DNA of 64,000 nucleotides from Candidatus Poribacteria bacterium (GCA_965198235.1 OZ240248.1:4768001-4832000); one strand, 5' to 3'; numbered from the stretch's first letter, positions 28,304-38,520 are shown. Numbers and translations are program-made. The notes: generated by a model from the sequence alone, not told the origin.

Positions 28304-29629
28304 ATGAAAAGTGTTCGCATAAGTCTTGTCTTAGTGCTAATACTTGCACTTGCGTTTGTTAGTGCCTCGAAAGCGGATAACCACCAATCCCAATCCTTAA
28401 CCGTTGTCTGGGCAGAATGGGATCCGGCTAATTATTTGCAGGAACTCTCTAAGGACTTTACCACCGAAACCGGCATTGTTGTCGACGTCATCCAGATTCC
28501 GTGGCCGAATTTCCAAGATAAGGTCTTCACGGCTTTTGTCGGAAAGAGCGATCTTTACGACATTGTTATTGGCGATAGCCAATGGCTCGGTCGGAACTCT
28601 CAAGGTAGGAACTATATCAATTTAACGGATTGGATTAATGAGAATATAGATGTTGATTCTATCTATGGACCAGCGATGACAGCGTTTGCTGAGTATCCAA
28701 AAGGCAGCGGAACATACTGGGCATTACCTGCGGAGGTGGATGCTGCTGGGTACGTCTATCGGAAAGACCTATTTGAAGATCCGAACGAAATGAAGGCATT
28801 CCAAGCAAAGTATGGCTACGCGCTCGCTCCGCCGAAAACGTATGACCAACTCCGCGATATAGCCGAATTCTTCACGCGTCCGGATAAAGACCTCTATGGT
28901 ATTGCGACATGGTATAGCAAGGAATACGACGGCATTACGATGGGTTTCCAACAGGTAATGTGGAGTTTTGGCGGCGCATACGGCGATGCGGAAAGTCATA
29001 AAGTTGCCGGGTACATTAACACAGCGGAGGCTGTTAAAGCTCTTGAATTTTACACGGATTTGCTCCAGTTTGCCCCCCCTGATGCACCGAACTACTATTG
29101 GGCGGAGACGTTGAATGCCTATAACTCGGGTAAGGTCGCAATGGCGATGAACTACTTCGCCTTTTTCCCCGGCGTAGTAGACCCTAAATCGAATGCAATT
29201 TCTCACGACAAGAGTGGTTTCTTTATAGCGCCTTCTGGTCCGAAAGGGCATTATATCAGTATCGGTGGACAGGGTATGTCTATTTCTTCCTATTCTAAAA
29301 ACAAGGATCTCGCCAAGCAATACATGAAATGGTTTATGCAGAAACCAGTTCAGGAGAAATGGGCAGCACTCGGTGGGTTCACACCACACAAAGAGGTATT
29401 GCAGTCGGATACGTTTAAGACAGCGACCCCCTTTAACGAAGCTTTCGCCGCGAGTTTCCCGTACCTACGCGATTTCTGGGCAGTGCCGGAATATGCAGAG
29501 CTCTTAGAAGTTTGCCAGACAAATTGGAGTGAAGCCATCTCCAAAATCAAGTCTGCAAAGGATGCACTGGACTCCATCGCGCGGAAACATGAGGAAATCT
29601 TTGAGGACGCAGGCTATTACGACGAGTAA
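28304..29629 (+). CDS. Sugar ABC transporter substrate-binding protein
   Basis: Signal peptide; 'YRKDLF', 'PPKTYDQL', 'GKVAMA'. Confidence 0.9.
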   Translation: MKSVRISLVLVLILALAFVSASKADNHQSQSLTVVWAEWDPANYLQELSKDFTTETGIVVDVIQIPWPNFQDKVFTAFVGKSDLYDIVIGDSQWLGRNSQGRNYINLTDWINENIDVDSIYGPAMTAFAEYPKGSGTYWALPAEVDAAGYVYRKDLFEDPNEMKAFQAKYGYALAPPKTYDQLRDIAEFFTRPDKDLYGIATWYSKEYDGITMGFQQVMWSFGGAYGDAESHKVAGYINTAEAVKALEFYTDLLQFAPPDAPNYYWAETLNAYNSGKVAMAMNYFAFFPGVVDPKSNAISHDKSGFFIAPSGPKGHYISIGGQGMSISSYSKNKDLAKQYMKWFMQKPVQEKWAALGGFTPHKEVLQSDTFKTATPFNEAFAASFPYLRDFWAVPEYAELLEVCQTNWSEAISKIKSAKDALDSIARKHEEIFEDAGYYDE

Positions 29630-29778
29630 AGATTGCGAGGGTGGAAACACGTTTCTATTGTCCTTCCATCCTCCATTCAAGTCACCATTCTTCCAAATCA
29701 TTTCATAAATTCTGCCTACAATCATTTGTCGCGCACGATGACAAGGAGACAGATCTCTATAACACAAGAGGTAGCACA

Positions 29779-30492
29779 ATGCAGAAACAGATTAAGGCAG
29801 CACCGACAATCGTTTATCCCGAATCAGATGGTAAACCAATGGCAGAAACCGATCAACATCGAAAACTCATGATGGATTTTATTTTCATGCTTGAAAACCA
29901 CTTTGAGGAGGTCAACGATGTGTATGTCTCCGGCAACCTACTGATATATTATGAAGAGGGCAACATCCACAAATCTGTGGCACCCGATGTGTTCGTTGTC
30001 TTCGGTGTTAGTAAGAAAGATCGGCGGACGTATCGGACATGGGAGGAGGGAGGCACTCCTGATTTCGTGTTGGAAGTGGCGAGTCCAAGCACGTATAATA
30101 AGGATATAACTGACAAGAAAGCACTGTATGCGTCTGTGTTAGGTGTTCGGGAGTATTACATCTATGACCCGTATGGAGAAGTCCAGCCACATTTTCAAGG
30201 GTATCGTCTCGTAGAGGGTAGGTATGAAACGATAGAACCTGTGGATAGCCGTTTACCGTCCCTTGTGCTCGGTTTGGAATTAGGGGAGCGTGATGGGATT
30301 CTGAGTCTCTACGATGCGAAGCGTTCGGCATGGGTTTCCCCACCGAAGACACGAGTATCAGAGGCGGAGACGCGCGCTGAAAATGCCGAAACACGCGCGA
30401 CACGAGACGCGCAGGCCCGGCAACACGCCGAAACGGAACTTGCCAAAGCTTTGGAAATTATTGAACAGCTGAAAGAAAAAACGGTGGACTAA
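29779..30492 (+). CDS. Uma2 (DUF820) family endonuclease with coiled-coil tail
   Basis: 'YPESDGKPMAET', 'APDVFVVFGV', 'PDFVLEVASPST', 'GVREYYIYDP'. Confidence 0.9.
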   Translation: MQKQIKAAPTIVYPESDGKPMAETDQHRKLMMDFIFMLENHFEEVNDVYVSGNLLIYYEEGNIHKSVAPDVFVVFGVSKKDRRTYRTWEEGGTPDFVLEVASPSTYNKDITDKKALYASVLGVREYYIYDPYGEVQPHFQGYRLVEGRYETIEPVDSRLPSLVLGLELGERDGILSLYDAKRSAWVSPPKTRVSEAETRAENAETRATRDAQARQHAETELAKALEIIEQLKEKTVD

Positions 30493-30601
30493 CGAACCTC
30501 TTCCTACCGGAAAGGCACATCGCTTGATGATGACGACAAATCAAATTAAGTTTTGTCCGGTAGAGGACAATTAGGGATATACTGAAACCTCCTCAGATAA
30601 T

Positions 30602-31522
30602 ATGCTAACCAACCACCCCCATCGAACGTCGCGCGGGATGAGCGACTATCAATTGAAGATGGCATTTATCATGCCCACCATGATTTTGCTCATCTTGATG
30701 AACATCTTTCCACTGCTGTGGTCGCTGTACTTGAGTTTCCATCGCTACAAAGCCTCGATGCCTGTTGCCCCGAAATTTATCGGTGTCCGTAATTATTCAC
30801 GCCTCCTCGCCGATCCAGATATCTGGGGTTATTTTCAAACCACTGCCTATTTTGTGATCCTTGCGGTATCAGCGCAATTCTTTATCGGATTCGGATTGGC
30901 GTTGCTCCTGAATCGGGACTTCCGGTATAAAGGCTTCGTCACAACGCTGCTTCTGCTACCGATGATGCTATCGCCTGTGGTCGTTGGGCTCTTTTGGCGC
31001 TTTATCCTCTCTTCAGATAACGCCGGTTTACTAAACTTTTTCCTCAGCCCCTTTTTAAAGTCGCCTATCGGGTGGACCACCAATCCAAAGGTAGCAATGT
31101 TAGCGGTTGTCATTGTGGATACATGGATGTGGTCTCCATTCATGATGTTGATTGCCTTGGCGGGACTGAGCGCAGTTCCGAAATCTCTCTACGAGGCTGC
31201 TGATGTCGATAGAGCCTCCGCTTGGTTCAAGTTTCGATGGATTACCCTCCCGTTAGTATCCCCGCTTTTACTGATTGCCCTTCTGTTCAGAACAATGGAT
31301 GCCTTCAAGATGTTTGACATCGTCTATGTGCTTACACGTGAGGGTGGACCTGGCACTGCCACGGAAACTGTATCAATGAACCTCTATAAACTCGCTTTTC
31401 GGAACTACAACACCGGTAAAGCGTGTGCGATGGCGTATATTCTGCTCATCATTATCGTTGCCCTGAGCAATATCTACGTAAAATACCTCAATCGCGTCAA
31501 AGGGGAGACACAGGAGACCTAA
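30602..31522 (+). CDS. Sugar ABC permease (MalF-like)
   Basis: EAA loop 'LYEAADVDRAS'. Confidence 0.92.
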   Translation: MLTNHPHRTSRGMSDYQLKMAFIMPTMILLILMNIFPLLWSLYLSFHRYKASMPVAPKFIGVRNYSRLLADPDIWGYFQTTAYFVILAVSAQFFIGFGLALLLNRDFRYKGFVTTLLLLPMMLSPVVVGLFWRFILSSDNAGLLNFFLSPFLKSPIGWTTNPKVAMLAVVIVDTWMWSPFMMLIALAGLSAVPKSLYEAADVDRASAWFKFRWITLPLVSPLLLIALLFRTMDAFKMFDIVYVLTREGGPGTATETVSMNLYKLAFRNYNTGKACAMAYILLIIIVALSNIYVKYLNRVKGETQET

Positions 31523-32742
31523 TGCGGCGTCGGAAAAGTTTTGTCCACTACCTCATATTGGTGTTTATTGCTGTGGCTGTGGTTGTCTATATCACCCCGA
31601 TTTACTGGATTTTGGTGACCTCTCTGAAAAGGCTGGCAGACATTACCACAAAACTTCCGAAGTTTGTTTTTGATATATCGTTAGAGAACTATCAGAAGTT
31701 GATGCCTTCAGAAGGTGTGGCAGATGTAACATATCTGTTTTTAGGCGAGGTGTTTGTGGGATTATTGCTGTTCGGTTTCTTCTCGCTTTTTAATGTGAGG
31801 TGGTTACCCCGTGCTTTGTCGCTCCGAAATCTCGGCTTAATCTGGAACAGCATTTTCGTTTTAACGTGTCTCTATAGTTTTCTGACGCTGCAACCGCTGC
31901 AGAGTCGTCTCCAGACGGATGCCCGTTTCAACTTTCTGCTACTCATTTTAGGCACAATTATAGCCTATCTCCTGATTGTCCCGTGGAAAAAGTCTGGAGG
32001 GCTGACATCGCAGACAACAAAAAAACAGCGACTCACCTTTGTGTTGCCAAGCATCTTTGGAACAGTAGCGATTTGCATCGCACTGGCAAACGGTGGTTCC
32101 AAGTATTTTTACCAGCTGCTGAATAGCATTATCATCGGTGGTGGTAGCACGATTCTCGCTGTAGGGCTCGGAACGCTTGCGGCTTACGCTTTCTCTCGGT
32201 TCGACATCGCTGGAAAGGACGACCTGCTCTTTTTTATCCTTAGCACACGAATGCTCCCACCTGTCGTCGTTGTTATCCCAATCTACCTGATGTACAGCGC
32301 ACTTGGGTTGCGGGATACGCACTTTGGCCTGATTTTGCTCTATACCACCTTTAATGTCTCATTTGCGGTGTGGCTCATGAAGGGGTTCATTGATGAAATT
32401 CCGAAGGAGTATGAGGATGCCGCACTCGTTGATGGTTACTCTCGGTTCCAAACCTTCATGAAGGTAATTTTACCGCAATCTGTCACAGGTATTGCTGCGA
32501 CTGCCGTATTCTGTCTGATTACAGCGTGGAACGAGTTCGCGTTTGCGCTCGTTCTCACAGAGGTCGGCGGCAGAGCCGTGACCGCTCCCCCTTCAATTAC
32601 GAGCGCGACCGGTTCTACTGGTATGGATTGGGGAAAAATCGCCGCGGGAACCTTTGTGTTCCTTCTACCCGTTGCCGTTTTCACCTTCCTGATGCGGAAT
32701 CATCTTCTGCGTGGTGTCACATTTGGCGCAGTGAAGAAGTAA
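31522..32742 (+). CDS. Sugar ABC permease (MalG-like) with extra TM insert
   Basis: 'EDAALVDG', 'AWNEF'. Start overlaps the upstream stop (TAATG). Confidence 0.9.
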   Translation: MRRRKSFVHYLILVFIAVAVVVYITPIYWILVTSLKRLADITTKLPKFVFDISLENYQKLMPSEGVADVTYLFLGEVFVGLLLFGFFSLFNVRWLPRALSLRNLGLIWNSIFVLTCLYSFLTLQPLQSRLQTDARFNFLLLILGTIIAYLLIVPWKKSGGLTSQTTKKQRLTFVLPSIFGTVAICIALANGGSKYFYQLLNSIIIGGGSTILAVGLGTLAAYAFSRFDIAGKDDLLFFILSTRMLPPVVVVIPIYLMYSALGLRDTHFGLILLYTTFNVSFAVWLMKGFIDEIPKEYEDAALVDGYSRFQTFMKVILPQSVTGIAATAVFCLITAWNEFAFALVLTEVGGRAVTAPPSITSATGSTGMDWGKIAAGTFVFLLPVAVFTFLMRNHLLRGVTFGAVKK

Positions 32743-32783
32743 GGCTTTTCTGAATTCTGACAACTGAATGCGTTTAATGGAAT

Positions 32784-32812
32784 TTGACTTCCGCATCGGT
32801 TTCTGTTATACT
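32784..32812 (+). promoter_or_regulatory. Sigma70 promoter
   Basis: TTGACT-17 nt-TATACT with an extended TG. Confidence 0.65.
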
Positions 32813-32842
32813 TATCGCAAGCAATAGAGGAGGGCGCGCAAA

Positions 32843-34243
32843 ATGAACAATCACACACTGCGACTCACCGATGAAGAGATGCGGGATTTCATCATCAACG
32901 GATACGTCAAGGTAAAGGTCGATTTCCCGCCAAGTTTTCATGAGAACGTTTACCAACAACTCGACGCAATGTTTGAAGGGACGGGTAATTTGGGCAACAA
33001 CGTCCTACCCCTCATTCCTGAAATTCAAGAAATTTTCGATCATCCCCTTGTTCACGGTGCAATGCAGGGAGTACTCGGTGAAAACTATGCGATGCACTCG
33101 CACCGATACTGCCATTTCAACCAACAAGGTAGTGAAGGTCAGAATTTTCATAAAGACAGTTATGAAGGGGACGGGCAGATTCGTCGCCACCGATGCCGTT
33201 GGACGATGGCATTCTATTATCCGCAGGATGTCACGGAGGATATGGGACCCACCGCTGTGTTACCCGGGTCGCAGTATTACGAAACAGGTGAAAGCGCACA
33301 CCAACAGCCTGATCTCGCACTCACTGGCGAAGCAGGGACAGTGACAATTGTCCACTACGACTTGTGGCACCGGGCAATGCCGAATCAGAGTGACAAGAAA
33401 CGGTATATGTTGAAGTTTCTTTTTATCCGACTTGATGAGCCACAAATACCCTCGTGGAAAAGCGATACCCACGACTGGTCCGCCCTCGGCAACGGAGAAG
33501 AATCCGAACACCCAGAATTATGGGAATCGCTATGGGATTGGTCTTACGGGAAACAGAATGGAGCTAACGGTGTCTCGCACGCTGAGGTGGATACCCTTAT
33601 TGGAACCCTGAACAGCGATAATGAGAGAGAGCGGTTAAATGCCGCGTATCGCTTGGGGCGGATTGATGCTGCCGTGCCTGCCTTGAAACAAGCGTTGTAC
33701 AGTAAATCTGATGCTATCCGTGAATATGCAGGATACGCTTTAAGCCTCACTGGAGCACCCGCGGTTCCGATGCTCATTGATGCCTTACAAACCACAGATG
33801 ATTCAGTGCGGGCGAGCGCAGCGTTTGCCTTGGCGGATATGGGGAAAGCCGCACAAGAGGCACTGCCTGCGCTAACCACTGCCGCACAGGATCCCGACGA
33901 ATGGGTCCGACGACACGCCACAGAAGGATTGGGACTTATCGGACAACAGGTTTCCAAAAACGCGGATCTATCCGAGGCTGTGCGGGTCTTGATGAATGGG
34001 TTGCGTGATGACCATTATGCGGTTCGTGATAACGCTGCCCGTGCATTAGCGAAATTGGGCACGCTTGCTGAACCTGCGATTTCTGCGCTTGTTGCGCAAC
34101 TGGAAGATGAGAATCGATATGTCCGTTTCCATGCTGCTTTAGCGTTAAAGGAGATTAAGACCCGTGAAGCACAGGACGCACTCTTCAATCACCTGTTTGC
34201 TTCGCGTTGGTGTGCGCTAACGACACGCGGAACGCCATATTAG
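32843..34243 (+). CDS. Phytanoyl-CoA dioxygenase (PhyH) family domain fused to HEAT repeats
   Basis: HxD motif 'FHKD', 'GPTAVLPGS', 'LWHRA'; C-terminal 'VRASAAFAL'-type repeats. Confidence 0.88.
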   Translation: MNNHTLRLTDEEMRDFIINGYVKVKVDFPPSFHENVYQQLDAMFEGTGNLGNNVLPLIPEIQEIFDHPLVHGAMQGVLGENYAMHSHRYCHFNQQGSEGQNFHKDSYEGDGQIRRHRCRWTMAFYYPQDVTEDMGPTAVLPGSQYYETGESAHQQPDLALTGEAGTVTIVHYDLWHRAMPNQSDKKRYMLKFLFIRLDEPQIPSWKSDTHDWSALGNGEESEHPELWESLWDWSYGKQNGANGVSHAEVDTLIGTLNSDNERERLNAAYRLGRIDAAVPALKQALYSKSDAIREYAGYALSLTGAPAVPMLIDALQTTDDSVRASAAFALADMGKAAQEALPALTTAAQDPDEWVRRHATEGLGLIGQQVSKNADLSEAVRVLMNGLRDDHYAVRDNAARALAKLGTLAEPAISALVAQLEDENRYVRFHAALALKEIKTREAQDALFNHLFASRWCALTTRGTPY

Positions 34244-34323
34244 GGAGCATCGGCTGTTTTGTTGTTTCGATCTCTCTGTTTCGTTAGGAATCTTTCACCA
34301 TTAGGCACGCTTCTCAGACACAT

Positions 34324-34782
34324 TTGCAAACTGTGCCTAAGAAGCGTGCATATCAAACTCGTGTGAGTCTTGTTCCATTTAGCAGATACGCGGGTGACAG
34401 TTCATCTGCCAACGTTTTTGAGATCGCTGGTGGGCTCGACAAACTCGCTGAGGCAATAGCCACACGCCAGCATTTTGAGATCGAGAGAGCCAATCTAACA
34501 GCAGAATCCGGCAGAGACAAGGTGCAGCATATCCTCGGATGCTCTAAAGTTCATGCCAACCGTGTTCTGAATAAATTGAGGGGTGGGAACCTCCGGCGTG
34601 TAACCTTTCGCGAACAGATCCTCTCTCTTCTTGGTGATGGTGAGGAAAAGGCGGCTGAAGTGGTTGCAGCGATTGATGGAAACCCAAAAGCAGTAAACCA
34701 TGAACTCGTAAGACTTGCCAATGCAGGTGAGATTGTAAAGGTCCGGTGGGGTGTGTATGCCCTTCCACCCTCTACATCATAA
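34324..34782 (+). pseudogene. Probable 3' remnant of a winged-helix protein gene
   Basis: C-terminal wHTH 'ELVRLANAGEIVKVRWGVY'; TTG start with no RBS; overlaps the convergent gene. Confidence 0.45.
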
Positions 34783-35305
34783 AGGACATACCCATCTGTC
34801 CTGCAAGTATCCCCAGGAGAGCACCGGCAAACACATCCGTCGGATAGTGGACACCGAGATAAACGCGAGCGACACCCACCAGAGTCCCCCAGCAAAGCGT
34901 CGGAATTTGTAAAATTGGAAAGGTATTCGACAACAGTACCACCATCAGAAAAGCAGAGGCAGTGTGTCCTGATGGAAAACTAAAACGATCCGGTGGACGG
35001 ACCCGAAATTGCACATCGACAATCCGCTCATACGGTCGGTCACGTTTCATTGCTTGTTTGAGGAAGTGGTATAGGAGTCTCTCAAGCGGAAATGCGAGTG
35101 CTGCTGATAGAAGGAGCGGCTTGCTGGTAGCTGAGCCGAACGTCACGTGCACGTATAACGCCAAAAATGGATATAGACACCCGTTAGCACTCCAAGAAAT
35201 GATGCGAAATGAGTGACTCAGAATTCTTCTATCGCCCCAACCAAAGATACGGTTAAACAGGAATGTATCCCATCGGGTTAGACTATTTGTAAATTCTCTA
35301 AGCAT
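34772..35305 (-). CDS. PAP2-family phosphatase
   Basis: 'K...RDRP', 'SFPSGH', 'ARVYLGVHYPTD'. Confidence 0.92.
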   Translation of the reverse strand: MLREFTNSLTRWDTFLFNRIFGWGDRRILSHSFRIISWSANGCLYPFLALYVHVTFGSATSKPLLLSAALAFPLERLLYHFLKQAMKRDRPYERIVDVQFRVRPPDRFSFPSGHTASAFLMVVLLSNTFPILQIPTLCWGTLVGVARVYLGVHYPTDVFAGALLGILAGQMGMSFMM

Positions 35306-35538
35306 AGTTTACAAAGTGAGCAGGTACGCTTAAACACAAACCTGCTGTATCTTTTATCTCCAATTGTCGCTGTTTAATTACTTCACAGGATTCTCATCAC
35401 CTCTCCTGCATCTCCAATTTGATTAAAATTGTAGTGGAAGTATGTTGCATATTTTTAACCAGCATATCATTTTTATATAAAAAATATTGAACAAAGTTGT
35501 GTCAATATTTTTGATTCATACCCCAACATTATGTGTAA

Positions 35539-35723
35539 CCGTTGTGTAGGACTTAAACAAATCTCACAAATATGGTAAAATGTATTAGAATCTATACAAA
35601 TCTACCATGTTTGTTGATTGTTGCCATACTTCCTGCCTCAACGTCCACTGCCTCTCAACGAGGTCTTACACGGACTCCACAGGCGTTTATCGTCTCCTCG
35701 CAACTCGTGGCGACGGTTAAAGG
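35539..35723 (-). ncRNA. Putative omega-RNA of the IS607 TnpB
   Basis: Minus strand aaacgcctgtggagtccgtgtaagacc...tgaggcaggaag downstream of tnpB. Confidence 0.65.
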
Positions 35724-36815
35724 TCAAGCAGGACAGAGATTAATAGCAGCGTTGAGGTCTCTGTCACATTCAAAGCCACATTCGCAACAGTGATATGTGC
35801 GTTCAGAGAGCGTCAAATCTGCTTTCTTGTGTCCGCAGTTGCTACAGGTTTTACTACTGGCGAAGAATTGCGGTGCTTCGGTTATTGGTATGCCACGCCT
35901 ATCTGCTTTGTATTTGAGTTTCGTTAGAAAGCCACCAAGTGCTGAATCGGATAACGCCTTTGCAAGTTTCCTGTTCTTAAGCATGTTGGTGATTTTGAGC
36001 GTCTCAATACCAATAGCAGCGGCTGGACGGACAATCCGTATCGTTGCTTGGTGGTGAGCGTCTTCACGGATATTCGCGATACGTGCGTGGACAGAGATGA
36101 GTATAGATTTCGCTTTATACCCATTCTGACTACCTTTGACTCTACGAGAGAGCCGACGGTTGGCCCGTGCTAACTTCCGCTCATACCGCTTGAGAGGGCG
36201 TGGATTGTCGTAAGTGTCACCGTTAGAACATGTAGCAAGCGTGTTGATACCTACATCAATACCGATAGGTGCTTTATCGTCAAAGAGTGGGGGTTGGTGC
36301 TTATAGTTGCTGCTATCCAATCGTCTGACGGTGAGAGATACATACCACTTGTCGTTACGCTTGGAGACAACAACTTTTGTAATTTCACCACTATATCGCA
36401 ATTCTTCACGCATGCGTATCCAACCTATCTTTGGAAGGTTGACACGTTTTTTACAGACGTCAACAGTTCCTTCGCCATTGTCTGCTTGGTAAGAGCATTT
36501 ACCACTTCGGTTCTTATAGACAGGGAACTTATTTTGTCCTTTTTTCCAACGTGTTACAGCGTCTCCAAGATTGTGAATAGCATTCTTGGACGCATTCTGT
36601 GAGAGGTCTTCACACCAGTCAAACTTATCGTATTTGACTGCATTAAACTCACGCTTAATGTCAATATGACTTCGCCATTCGTCTTGGTCTAAACCGACTT
36701 TGAAAGACGATAAAGCAAAGTTGAAGGCAACACGGGCATAGCCAGCGTGCTGTGCCATAAGCGTGGCTTCCTTATTATTCGGATTGAGTTCTATCTTCTG
36801 TGTTCGGAGGTCCAA
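35724..36815 (-). CDS. tnpB: TnpB with canonical D-E-D RuvC
   Basis: 'GIDVG', 'IGIETL', 'SSKTCSNCG...CCECG', 'DRDLNAAINL'. Confidence 0.93.
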   Translation of the reverse strand: MDLRTQKIELNPNNKEATLMAQHAGYARVAFNFALSSFKVGLDQDEWRSHIDIKREFNAVKYDKFDWCEDLSQNASKNAIHNLGDAVTRWKKGQNKFPVYKNRSGKCSYQADNGEGTVDVCKKRVNLPKIGWIRMREELRYSGEITKVVVSKRNDKWYVSLTVRRLDSSNYKHQPPLFDDKAPIGIDVGINTLATCSNGDTYDNPRPLKRYERKLARANRRLSRRVKGSQNGYKAKSILISVHARIANIREDAHHQATIRIVRPAAAIGIETLKITNMLKNRKLAKALSDSALGGFLTKLKYKADRRGIPITEAPQFFASSKTCSNCGHKKADLTLSERTYHCCECGFECDRDLNAAINLCPA

Positions 36816-37446
36816 GATTGAGTTCCAATTGTTCTTTTTCTTCGGAGACGATATTCTCTATTTCCTCTGCCATTTTCTTGGATTTATGAGAACGTCGTCC
36901 GTAGAGTTTCGCACAAAATACAGTCATGATTTCCGTGATGTCACGCGTAAGTTCTTCCTCGAAGGTAGGTTGCTCACCTTTATTGATAATGACAACTTCT
37001 ATACCTTTGAGTTCACAGATACGAAAAACTATTTCTGCACCAAATCGAAGCAGTCTGTCTTTATGTGTAATAACCAGACGAGACATTTGACCCTGCACCA
37101 TTAATTCAAGGAGGCGGCGTAAGCCTTTTTTATTATAATTCATGCCACTGCCGAGGTCTCTTATGATTTCAGTTTGCCACCCATTCTTATTACAAAATGC
37201 CTCAAGGACGGCATGCTGACGTTCTAAATCTTCCTTTTGATCTGAACTGGAGACGCGGGCATAAGCAATCGTAGGATAGGCTAAATCGTTGACACCTAAT
37301 AACTCTTGGAGACTGTAAAGGCGTGTGCCTTTCGGTGTTCTTTTCGCAGGCTGGATAACACCGCCCTCTTCCCAACGCCGAAGCGTTTGAGGATTAACAC
37401 CGAGTATTTTAGCAGCCTCGCCAATCTTTACAAATCTATCATTCAT
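36775..37446 (-). CDS. tnpA: IS607 serine recombinase/transposase with MerR-type HTH
   Basis: 'IGEAAKILGV...TLRRWE', 'YARVSS', 'HKDRLLRFG', 'LYGRRS'. Confidence 0.95.
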   Translation of the reverse strand: MNDRFVKIGEAAKILGVNPQTLRRWEEGGVIQPAKRTPKGTRLYSLQELLGVNDLAYPTIAYARVSSSDQKEDLERQHAVLEAFCNKNGWQTEIIRDLGSGMNYNKKGLRRLLELMVQGQMSRLVITHKDRLLRFGAEIVFRICELKGIEVVIINKGEQPTFEEELTRDITEIMTVFCAKLYGRRSHKSKKMAEEIENIVSEEKEQLELNLGPPNTEDRTQSE

Positions 37447-37452
37447 ACTATA

Positions 37453-37482
37453 ATTATACCACATTTCTATAGTATTTGTCAA
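37453..37482 (-). promoter_or_regulatory. Consensus sigma70 promoter of IS607 tnpA
   Basis: TTGACA-18 nt-TATAAT; ATG lies 6 nt after the -10 box. Confidence 0.7.
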
Positions 37483-37568
37483 ATAAAATCTTACAATGTA
37501 TAGAAATAAATAAGTTTGTATAGATTTGTCTAAATTTGACTATATTTTAGCCTACTGCAACTTTCCCC

Positions 37569-38306
37569 TCACAGAGAATGTGGATCCACGTAATCGGCGA
37601 GGGCTCGGAGTGCTATAACCTTGTAATCGTTTTCGTAGAGATACGCCATATAATCTTCAAATTGCTTTGGTTCTGTGTGAACCCATGGATGCTCAATATC
37701 CGGCACACCGTGGAACGTAAGGATCGTGATATTCCCATCTGTTGCTTGAGCGAGTGCCCACATGAAGTCATCAAAGTTCCAATTGGGACCGGCGGCTCCT
37801 GTCGTCGGAATCAAGAGGGGATGATGCAGCTGTGGATTGTAAGCAGGTCCGCGGTCCCCTTCTCCGCTGTAAGGGAACTCAGGAGCAACGCCGCGTCTGG
37901 CAAAATGAAAGCCGTGTTCAGCGAGCACTTGGACCGCTGCTTCACCGTGGCTATAACCCGGGTAACAAAACGTTGCCGGTTTTGAAATGCCGTAAGTCTC
38001 ACAACGTGCGTCAATATGTGCTAAATCCGCACTGAGTTCCTCGGCGGGTTGCTGTGTGACGTTTCGGTGATGGCGAGTGTGATTACCAATCTCGAAACCA
38101 CCGTCGTGTAGTCCTGTTACCTCTTCCCACGTCATATAGGCTTCTTTATTCGTGAGGAAGTTGAGTCCTTCGGTGATATAGAAGGTTGCACTGAAGCCGT
38201 ATGCCTTGAGGATCGGAGCAGCGAAAGTCGCCTGTGACTTGCACCCATCGTCAAAGGTAAGCACAACAAGTTTATCGGGGATTGTCTTCTGCAAAACGTT
38301 TTTCAT
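37569..38306 (-). CDS. Polysaccharide deacetylase (CE4)
   Basis: 'LTFDDG', 'GNHTRHH', 'YPG', 'LTFH'. Confidence 0.9.
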   Translation of the reverse strand: MKNVLQKTIPDKLVVLTFDDGCKSQATFAAPILKAYGFSATFYITEGLNFLTNKEAYMTWEEVTGLHDGGFEIGNHTRHHRNVTQQPAEELSADLAHIDARCETYGISKPATFCYPGYSHGEAAVQVLAEHGFHFARRGVAPEFPYSGEGDRGPAYNPQLHHPLLIPTTGAAGPNWNFDDFMWALAQATDGNITILTFHGVPDIEHPWVHTEPKQFEDYMAYLYENDYKVIALRALADYVDPHSL

Positions 38307-38422
38307 GTGGCAAATTTCATATCTATATGGAACATTAAAAAAATTCATACTGTGCTGGACTGTTAATTATAGACGCACAATGCTATTTAAATCAAGGAAA
38401 AAATCTGGCATTAATTTCTCCT

Positions 38423-38447
38423 GTAGGAGGGATCTCCGAATCCCGAC
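38423..38447 (+). repeat. GTAG-REP
   Basis: gtaggagggatctccgaatcccgac; one mismatch to the copy at 46528-46552 (minus). Confidence 0.75.
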
Positions 38448-38491
38448 TTTCACTGACGAAAACCGATTGCTGACTGCCAATTGAAAAATGG

Positions 38492-38520
38492 TTGACAAAA
38501 ATTCAGAACTGATTTAAAAT
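38492..38520 (+). promoter_or_regulatory. Sigma70 promoter
   Basis: TTGACA-17 nt-TAAAAT. Confidence 0.65.

Larger units (their letters stand above)
35539..37562 (-). mobile_element. IS607-family element (serine recombinase + tnpB)
   Basis: Gene pair; both ends carry caaatct/atctatacaaa repeats and related termini (gttgtgtagg, gttgcagtagg). Right end finishes ...aacgg. Boundaries are approximate. Confidence 0.85.
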
